32,000 nt of DNA from Sulfolobus acidocaldarius DSM 639 (GTDB taxonomy: Archaea; Thermoproteota; Thermoprotei_A; Sulfolobales; Sulfolobaceae): assembly GCF_000012285.1 (NCBI RefSeq), contig NC_007181.1:480001-512000 (forward strand), written 5' to 3'. The translations under genes and the position numbers were made by a program. The notes below the pieces were generated by a model. The model worked only from the letters and a program-made list of their open reading frames with translations, made no database searches and was not told the DNA's origin. Shown here piece by piece: positions 20,217 through 26,143 of this stretch (positions within the stretch are counted from its first letter, which is position 1; each line of letters starts with the position of its first letter).

Positions 20217-21218
20217 TTACCCTTTCAACCCGTTTATAACTGAGCTGATGAACTGCTCGTATTTTTTCCAAAGACCAAGCTCATTCCAGTATAAGCGAAT
20301 GCGGTCCCACAAAGGCTGTCCGCTTCCTAACGCCATACAGCAAGCTATAGTCAACGCTACCTCCACGTTAGGTAACCTAGGTATGCGTTTAGGCGATTTC
20401 TTGAAGAAGCTGAATACTCCATTCTTCTCCCTCTCCTTGCGGACTTCCCTGACCTTCTTGACGAAGAGCGGGTAGAACTTGTTGACAAGATAGTCAGCCT
20501 GGAACTTTATCTCAACATCCGAGATGGATGCGTAGATATAACCAAACTGACAAGGTTCCTCGAGATGGCTGAAGGTCTCTGGCGGAGCTTCAGTATCACG
20601 GGCTAGCGACTCGGTCGCCATGAGCTTTATACTGTCTTCGTTAGTAGAATAGTAAAACACGAGGAACTCGAGGTTATTCTCGTCAAGTCTCTTCTTCGTC
20701 TTCTTAATTCTCCCCTTCGCCTCCTTAAACTTCGAGATATTAATCGGCATAATTAGGGGTACTCTGAATAAGTCCCTCGAGAACTCTGATGGACGTTTAA
20801 GAGCAAAGCTGTCTTTTAGAGACTCAAAGCCCTTAACACTTTCTACTACTTTCTTCAGCTCCCCCTCAACCCCTGCGTCCCCCTCCCAGCGAGATAACGA
20901 CGGGAAGACTTCTTCGAAAAACGCATCACCGTCGAGCAACCCGTCAGTCGTGACGTCCTCCGCTCCTCCTATGCTATCTCCACACACCCACTCACGTTCT
21001 TGCTTCTTTACTACACCCTCTTTATTCAGCTCTTCGAGAACATTATTAATGTGACCCTTAGAGATATATTCATTATACTTTTCCCTGAACCTCTCTTGAA
21101 TATTCTTATATGAAGGGCGTTCTCCCTTAGCGCAGAGCTCTATTACTAATTTCTTTGCAAGCTCCTTTTTCTTTTCATCATCCGTGGCAACTTTCTCGTT
21201 CTTTTTTACGCCAACCAC
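20217..21218 (-). CDS. element-encoded hypothetical protein with an N-terminal winged-helix-like domain
   Basis: 333-aa ORF (GTG start) with a TATA-like TTTAAAATAA about 27 nt upstream. The N-terminus LVIELCAKGERPSYKNIQERF...HINNVLEELNKEGVVKK looks like a wHTH. I recognise no motif in the remaining roughly 250 aa. Confidence 0.7.
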   Translation of the reverse strand: MVGVKKNEKVATDDEKKKELAKKLVIELCAKGERPSYKNIQERFREKYNEYISKGHINNVLEELNKEGVVKKQEREWVCGDSIGGAEDVTTDGLLDGDAFFEEVFPSLSRWEGDAGVEGELKKVVESVKGFESLKDSFALKRPSEFSRDLFRVPLIMPINISKFKEAKGRIKKTKKRLDENNLEFLVFYYSTNEDSIKLMATESLARDTEAPPETFSHLEEPCQFGYIYASISDVEIKFQADYLVNKFYPLFVKKVREVRKEREKNGVFSFFKKSPKRIPRLPNVEVALTIACCMALGSGQPLWDRIRLYWNELGLWKKYEQFISSVINGLKG

Positions 21219-21240
21219 AATTAAAATTCATCTATTTCTT

Positions 21241-21250
21241 TATTTTAAAC
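21241..21250 (-). promoter_or_regulatory. candidate TATA box for the 333-aa gene
   Basis: The reverse complement TTTAAAATA(A) is centred about 27 nt upstream of the GTG at 21218, consistent with a leaderless transcript. Confidence 0.45.
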
Positions 21251-21348
21251 AATTCTCAGATTAGTAGGAATGCCCAACTACATTGAAAAATAACATGTAA
21301 AACTGAGTGGAACACTATAAATTAGAGTTAAGATTCAAAAAATTCGAA

Positions 21349-21436
21349 GAGTTCACTTCAAGTTCACTGTGAGTTCACTCAAGACTTCGACGTTTTCAAC
21401 TCAATCAGTGAACCTCAAATATATATCGAGTGAATT
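21349..21436. promoter_or_regulatory. iteron/operator array: 3 direct (G)AGTTCACT repeats at 11-bp phasing plus 2 inverted copies, overlapping a TATA-like box
   Basis: GTTCACT occurs at 21351, 21362 and 21373. Inverted AGTGAAC lies at 21407-21413 and GAGTGAA at 21428-21434. AAATATATAT lies at 21417-21426, about 28 nt before the probable start of the AbrB-like gene. Confidence 0.7.
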
Positions 21437-21449
21437 AAATTGTAAACTT

Positions 21450-21749
21450 TTGGTGACTGAAAAAACGAAAGAAGTTAGCCAGCTGTTAATTCCAGACTTA
21501 AAGATAAGAAAAACAAATAAGGGCAAAAAGGGGTACGTATATCTTATCCAACTTCCTCAACGTTTTAACAAATTACTAAGAGCTGGGCTTTATGACATTA
21601 CTATAGTCTTAAACAACGGTTCGGAAATTCCTGTAGGGACTAAAAGGGTTTGGATAATGAACGATAGGTTGTGGTTAACCCTGCCAAGAGCGTTAGCAAA
21701 GACTTGGGAGCAAGAAAAAATCGTCGACCTGGTCATAAGGCAAGTATAG
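21450..21749 (+). CDS. small DNA-binding protein, probably AbrB/SpoVT-like swapped-hairpin type
   Basis: Two look-alike segments, YVYLIQLPQRFNKLL and LWLTLPRALAKTW, resemble the AbrB-type (h-h-h-P-x-x-h-x-x-x-L) strand-loop motif. I prefer the TTG/GTG start at 21450/21453 because the track ORF start (21369) lies inside the iteron array, upstream of the TATA-like box. Confidence 0.6.
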   Translation: MVTEKTKEVSQLLIPDLKIRKTNKGKKGYVYLIQLPQRFNKLLRAGLYDITIVLNNGSEIPVGTKRVWIMNDRLWLTLPRALAKTWEQEKIVDLVIRQV

Positions 21750-21779
21750 GTACTGAAGGGGTAGAAAGGGGAGGGATAT

Positions 21780-22556
21780 ATGTTAAAGTCAAATAACACT
21801 CTGCTCAAAGATTTAAAAGTTTATCACCATCTTTCTCTAGAATATGTTAAGAAGAATTACAAGGAAGAGGAAGTCAGAGAGCTGTTGATGAGTGGGCTGG
21901 CAAAGGTTGAGAAGCTCAGTGCTCATATTGATGGGCCCTATAGAGACTACCTAGTCTATCGGGCCATAGATGAGATTGACGTTAATACGATAAAGAAGTT
22001 CTTAGGGTTAGTGTCAGAAGATTTTGGGAATGACGTATATTGGGCTTTCAGAATCAAGTTGTATGTCTACATCTGGGGCGAGTCTGAAAATCTCTACGTC
22101 AAGAAGTCGAAGTTTGACGATATCGTTGAGTACATCTTAGAACATTATTTAGCTGAGGTCTACTTCTCGTTCTGTCCACACTTTGAGCCTAACCACAGGG
22201 CGGAAAGTGTAGTAGAATGCCAGTGGCTCTTCTATGATATCGATAACGTGAACGAAACGGTGCTCAGGAACCTCTCTAGACTCTCGCCTAGACCAGTTGT
22301 GATCCTCTATTCGGGGCATGGTGCACACTTATATTACAAGTTGTCCCGGAAAGTACGCACAGAAGAATACAAGAAGATCTGGCAAAGATTCGCTAAGCGT
22401 TACTTGACACAATATCTAAATAAGATAGATAAAACGAAAAGCGGACCTTACGTTTTAGCTAGACTCCCGGGAACTCTCAATTGCAAAGACCCTGAAAATC
22501 CCGTAAGGACTATCGCAATTTTTCAAGAAGGTGATTTGATTGAAGTTAGAATTTAA
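21780..22556 (+). CDS. archaeo-eukaryotic primase superfamily primase-polymerase (prim-pol) domain protein
   Basis: AEP motif I WLFYDIDN (DxD), motif II YSGHGAHLYY (sGxGxH) and motif III ARLPGTLNCK. About 258 aa, the size of the isolated prim-pol domain of pRN1-type RepA. Confidence 0.85.
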   Translation: MLKSNNTLLKDLKVYHHLSLEYVKKNYKEEEVRELLMSGLAKVEKLSAHIDGPYRDYLVYRAIDEIDVNTIKKFLGLVSEDFGNDVYWAFRIKLYVYIWGESENLYVKKSKFDDIVEYILEHYLAEVYFSFCPHFEPNHRAESVVECQWLFYDIDNVNETVLRNLSRLSPRPVVILYSGHGAHLYYKLSRKVRTEEYKKIWQRFAKRYLTQYLNKIDKTKSGPYVLARLPGTLNCKDPENPVRTIAIFQEGDLIEVRI

Positions 22557-24141
22557 CGAACTAGCTGAGTTTCTTAACCAGAAGTTTAAGGAAAAGTTCT
22601 CAGAGTGGACTGGGAAATGTAAGCAGTATAGCAGCTATGTAGTCTGCAATTGCCCGTTACACCCACCTGATAAACGCCCATCTTTAGTCCTAACGAAACT
22701 TGGAAAGGCCTTTGATAATCACGCTCAGAAGTATGGCGATAAGGTCACGTACAGTATCGAGGAGTTTTTCAAAAAATTAGGGATAGAAGGGCCTGAGTTT
22801 CAAGGTGATATGAAAGATAAGAAAGAGAAAGAGAAGGCTATCGTGAAAGATGAGATAAAAGTAGAAACTGCAGAAGAAGTAGAAGAAGATGAGGCCAAAG
22901 AGGACATAAAGGAAATGATATTAGACCTATTTGTGGTCTCAACAATAACCATAGGGAAAGAGGCTTACTTCTTTGTAAAAGACGATAGAGGATATTGGTA
23001 TTACGATGAAAAGACGAGTGAGGCAATACTGAGGACTAAGATAATAAACTTCCTAGATATGTATAACGTTAAGACTTCAGACTACCAAATCAACACAATA
23101 TTAAACGCTATAAGGGGAAAGACTGATGTTGATGAGTACTCTTTCGATATTGTGAATAGTGAAGGGGAGTGTACCGTTGTAACGCCCTTTAAGAATGGGC
23201 TATACTGCGACGGTAAGCTGATAAATAACTTTAGGGGCATTTGGACTTATCACCTACCCTATGAGTATAGAGAAATAAGCGGAAACGAAGTTGAACAGTT
23301 GTTGAACAAGTTAAGCGGTTACTATCCTAATATTGATGATGTATTAAACATTATGGCCTTACCTTTCATCAATAGGGTTCAAAGGAAGGTGGTCATTCTA
23401 TATGGCCCACCTAGAGGCGGAAAGGACTATCTAATTGAAAAGATACTTATGAGTTTCGTTAAAATCACATCTCTAAGGCCAGAGGTGGTTACGGGGGATT
23501 CTAGGTTCGAGCTGTGTGGCCTTTGGAACTTTAGAGCAGTCTACATAGGTGAAGTGGAGTATATTGGAAGTAAGTTGGCTACATTCCTAGATAATTTAAG
23601 TGGCGGTGTTCTAATGAAGGCTGAGTGTAAGAACAAGGCTCCAATAGAGATGGTCTTTAAAGGGCCAGTCTACTTGAGCGCTAATAGGCTGATAATAGAG
23701 GATTTGCCTTCAGGCTTTTACGATAGGGCTGAGGTTGTAGTCTTTAAGAATAGGTTTAATGCGCCTAAGTATATCCTAGATGAAAGCGAGAAAGAAGTGC
23801 TGATAAATATCCTTATTAGAAGAGCTCAGGCCCTATCTGAGAAGGAAGAGATCCATGTAGGGGTCAATTTCGACAAATTTATGGAAAGTGGTAGTAAATG
23901 TGAAGAGGTAATTGGCCTAATCAAAAGCGGTGATAAAATACTCTCTTTGAGGCAAATTCGTGATTGGTTAGAAACCACTTGTGCTAAGTTTAACCTACCA
24001 CTGCTAATGAGCGATAAAGAATTAGGGAAAAGGTTAGAGGAGTTAAGAGTCCATAAAGAGAGGGGGAATTTGTATACTGTTGACTTACCTTCTGATGAAG
24101 AGGTAAGAGAACTCTTTTCTGATGTAGAGAAAGAGTCGTGA
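22540..24141 (+). CDS. replicative helicase subunit: N-terminal CxC...H Zn-motif, acidic linker, superfamily-3 (D5/P4-like) NTPase
   Basis: CNCPLHPPDKRPSLVL resembles CHC2-type primase zinc fingers. Walker A is LYGPPRGGKDYL, Walker B is AVYIGEVE, and SF3 motif C is VYLSANR. TTG start at 22540 preceded by GGTGAT (22530-22535). Overlaps the prim-pol ORF by 17 nt. Confidence 0.85.
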   Translation: MKLEFNELAEFLNQKFKEKFSEWTGKCKQYSSYVVCNCPLHPPDKRPSLVLTKLGKAFDNHAQKYGDKVTYSIEEFFKKLGIEGPEFQGDMKDKKEKEKAIVKDEIKVETAEEVEEDEAKEDIKEMILDLFVVSTITIGKEAYFFVKDDRGYWYYDEKTSEAILRTKIINFLDMYNVKTSDYQINTILNAIRGKTDVDEYSFDIVNSEGECTVVTPFKNGLYCDGKLINNFRGIWTYHLPYEYREISGNEVEQLLNKLSGYYPNIDDVLNIMALPFINRVQRKVVILYGPPRGGKDYLIEKILMSFVKITSLRPEVVTGDSRFELCGLWNFRAVYIGEVEYIGSKLATFLDNLSGGVLMKAECKNKAPIEMVFKGPVYLSANRLIIEDLPSGFYDRAEVVVFKNRFNAPKYILDESEKEVLINILIRRAQALSEKEEIHVGVNFDKFMESGSKCEEVIGLIKSGDKILSLRQIRDWLETTCAKFNLPLLMSDKELGKRLEELRVHKERGNLYTVDLPSDEEVRELFSDVEKES

Positions 24142-24192
24142 GAAAAATTCTATTTTCATCTTCTCTTTCTGTTTTTATCACAAAAACGCAAG

Positions 24193-24288
24193 CTGAAGGG
24201 TAGCCTGAAGGGTACCCCGTTTTTGGAAAAGAAACAAAAAGTGGCTTTCTTTAAAAAAATAACCCCCATCCTTCAGATCACCCTTCAG
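24193..24288. repeat. composite inverted repeat: 2x CTGAAGGGTA (12-bp phasing) facing 2x (A)CCCTTCAG / CCTTCAG (12-bp phasing)
   Basis: CTGAAGGGTA occurs at 24193-24202 and 24205-24214. CCTTCAG lies at 24270-24276 and ACCCTTCAG at 24280-24288. The spacer is A/T-rich. Confidence 0.75.
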
Positions 24289-24442
24289 GTCATTTAATTT
24301 CAAGAAAGGGTATAAAATTTGTATTTCAAAAAATTCAATTTTCACTCAGCTGAAACTGACAAAAATTCAAAAGCTGAGGCCTCATAAACTTTTGGTTTAT
24401 CTAATAGCTAAACTTTTTGGTTTGCGTGTCTGCGGGGATGCC

Positions 24443-24460
24443 TTTGTACAGCCGTACAAA
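24443..24460. repeat. 18-bp near-perfect palindrome TTTGTACAGCCGTACAAA, embedded in a CGGGG...CCCCG outer stem (24432-24467)
   Basis: Arms TTTGTAC/GTACAAA with central AGCC. It shares the 12-mer GTACAGCNGTAC with the palindrome at 25601-25620. Confidence 0.8.
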
Positions 24461-24480
24461 ACCCCCGTTTAACCATACCG

Positions 24481-24546
24481 CATGGCGAAATTAATTCACC
24501 ATAAACCTTCATGGCGAATAAAAAATCCTTATAAGTTCATGGCTAA
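24481..24546 (+). promoter_or_regulatory. three direct CATGGC(G/T)AA repeats at 28-29-bp spacing immediately upstream of the serine recombinase gene
   Basis: Copies at 24481-24489, 24510-24518 and 24538-24546. The recombinase GTG start is at 24559. Confidence 0.6.
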
Positions 24547-24558
24547 TTAATTTCTTCT

Positions 24559-25209
24559 GTGAAGGCGCTGGGTTACGCTAGAGTGAGCGTGGAAGACGAG
24601 AGGATTGAGAACCAAATCGCTGAAATTAGCGCTTATGCGAAGAATAACGGGATTGAGCTGATGAAGATATTCACAGACGTGGGAGTCTCTGGCTCAAAGC
24701 CCGCTTTAGAGCGTGAAGGATTCAAATCGCTAATGCAGGCTAGCGAGTTATTAGACGTTAAGACTATAGTGATTTATGACTTGACTAGGCTAGGTCGAGA
24801 TCTATTCGATCTAGTAACCACTTATAAAACGTTGTTAGAAAAAGGATACAATGTTCTATTCGTAAAGCACCCTGAGTTAAACGTCACCCAGAGCTCGCCG
24901 ATTGGTGAAGCCCTCAGAAAGGCGCTGTTAGTACTCTTGGGAGCTGTAGCTGAGCTGGAGAGAGCTTTCATCAGAGAGAGGACCGTAAGCGGTCTAGCGA
25001 GGGCTAAGGCTCAAGGCGTGAAGCTGGGCAGAAAACCCGCAGACATCCCAGTGGAGCTGGTTAAACGTTACTTGAAGATGGGAGCTACTAAGAAGTTCAT
25101 CTACGCTAAATTAGTTGAGGACGGCTTTCTGCGTTATAAAGAGAAGGGTGTAGAGCGCGTCATGTCGTACGACTGGTTCTTAAAGAGAATGAAGAAGGAA
25201 GGACTCTAG
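24559..25209 (+). CDS. serine recombinase (resolvase/invertase family) with C-terminal HTH
   Basis: N-terminus KALGYARVSVEDE (catalytic Ser in the YARVS context), DVGVSGSK, IVIYDLTRLGRD, ELERAFIRERTVSGLARAKAQGVKLGRKP (E-helix), then a basic C-terminal domain. GTG start. Confidence 0.9.
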   Translation: MKALGYARVSVEDERIENQIAEISAYAKNNGIELMKIFTDVGVSGSKPALEREGFKSLMQASELLDVKTIVIYDLTRLGRDLFDLVTTYKTLLEKGYNVLFVKHPELNVTQSSPIGEALRKALLVLLGAVAELERAFIRERTVSGLARAKAQGVKLGRKPADIPVELVKRYLKMGATKKFIYAKLVEDGFLRYKEKGVERVMSYDWFLKRMKKEGL

Positions 25210-25246
25210 TCATTACTGGCTTAATTTATCTTTTGAGCATGCCTTT

Positions 25247-25558
25247 TTATTCTCTCTTTTGCGTGTTAACTTTTAGGTTAACACGTGCAATCTCTTCATC
25301 AATCTCTCTAAGCACTCTCTCAAAGACACCTCTAAGCTTCAACAACAACTCTAATTTGTCCTTATCAGATAATAATGAAAATAAACCTATGATCGTGTCA
25401 TCTGAAGCATGTATTTCGCCTTTAGACATCTTGTATAGGGAGATACGCGATATCCCCAAACTTTCAGCGATTTCAGTAACAGGGAGCTTGGATCTCTGCA
25501 GAACAAAGTTAACTACGAACTCCCTTTCATCAGGGCTTAGGTGCTTAACCCACTCCAT
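25247..25558 (-). CDS. small helix-turn-helix DNA-binding protein
   Basis: 103-aa ORF. LPVTEIAESLGISRISLYKMSKGE is a classic HTH, and the C-terminal half is predicted helical/coiled. The opposite-strand ORF (25233-25565) is Ser/Leu-rich low complexity and was rejected. Confidence 0.75.
   Translation of the reverse strand: MEWVKHLSPDEREFVVNFVLQRSKLPVTEIAESLGISRISLYKMSKGEIHASDDTIIGLFSLLSDKDKLELLLKLRGVFERVLREIDEEIARVNLKVNTQKRE
25262..25285. promoter_or_regulatory. inverted repeat CGTGTTAAC-N6-GTTAACACG at the convergent junction of the recombinase and HTH genes
   Basis: Perfect 9-bp arms with a 6-nt spacer, lying within the last codons of the HTH gene. Either a hairpin terminator or a second copy of the GTTAAC-N6-GTTAAC operator. 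Confidence 0.55.
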
Positions 25559-25560
25559 GT

Positions 25561-25578
25561 GTTAACTTTAAAGTTAAC
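25561..25578. promoter_or_regulatory. perfect 18-bp palindrome GTTAACTTTAAAGTTAAC between the TATA-like box and start codon of the HTH gene (candidate auto-operator)
   Basis: It starts 3 nt upstream of the ATG at 25558. TTTATTAT (minus-strand reading of 25582-25590) sits just beyond it. Confidence 0.6.
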
Positions 25579-25600
25579 CCGATAATAAACTTTGAGTCAT

Positions 25601-25620
25601 CTCAGTACAGCTGTACTGAG
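25601..25620. repeat. perfect 20-bp palindrome CTCAGTACAGCTGTACTGAG
   Basis: Self-complementary over all 20 nt. It shares the GTACAGCNGTAC core and the central GC with 24443-24460. Confidence 0.85.
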
Positions 25621-25870
25621 TTCCCCTGAAAGTCGACGCTCTAATATAAACGAGGTGCAAATCGCCTTGGTCAATTTATTTGCTTTTTTGCAACGAGGCT
25701 GGACTCCCCTTGGTTTATGACCACATAGAATTCAGAATGGTGAAAAATATAACATATTAGGGCGGGCATTAGATTGTTCTGAGCGCTAGCGCTTTTGTCT
25801 CCATAAACTCCACGTTCCAAAACGCCGTGATTAAAAAACGCTTAAATGCTCTAAAGCAGAGCTTTAAAAC

Positions 25871-26143
25871 ATGATGGAGTTGAAGCATAAGAAAGAGGAG
25901 TATGCGAAGGAATTAATAAATCTGCTCAGCAGGTTCATGAGCGGTAAGATAAGCTACCCTGTGCTTTCCCTAAGGCTAACAGGCATAGAGGCAAAGGTCC
26001 ATGAGTCAGGCTTTGAGGACTTAGTGAGGCTAATACATGAGCTCCTCAAGGCGATTAGGGAAGCAGAGAGAAAGGGTTCAAATGAAATTAACAAGTTAGT
26101 TAGACCATACGTGGAGAAACTTGAGAGTATTGCAAAGGGTTAG
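25871..26143 (+). CDS. small helical hypothetical protein
   Basis: 90-aa ORF convergent with the integrase (the stops overlap by 4 nt), with element-like codon usage. No recognisable motif. Confidence 0.5.
   Translation: MMELKHKKEEYAKELINLLSRFMSGKISYPVLSLRLTGIEAKVHESGFEDLVRLIHELLKAIREAERKGSNEINKLVRPYVEKLESIAKG

Noticed and set aside
20212-20475. 87-aa plus-strand ORF at the left end of the element, and 21590-21808 / 22838-23026 / 23990-24181 minus-strand ORFs
   Set aside because: All are antisense to longer ORFs with coherent domain signatures or codon usage.
22520-22560. Programmed ribosomal frameshift or sequencing error fusing prim-pol and helicase into one RepA
   Set aside because: No obvious slippery heptamer is present. 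A canonical GGTGAT SD sits 4 nt before an in-frame TTG start for the second ORF, so coupled re-initiation of two subunits is the simpler reading. It remains flagged in the findings for experimental check.
25233-25565. 110-aa plus-strand ORF opposite the HTH gene
   Set aside because: The translation is Ser/Leu/Asn low complexity. The minus-strand frame gives a clean HTH and has a TATA-like box plus operator palindrome at its 5' end.
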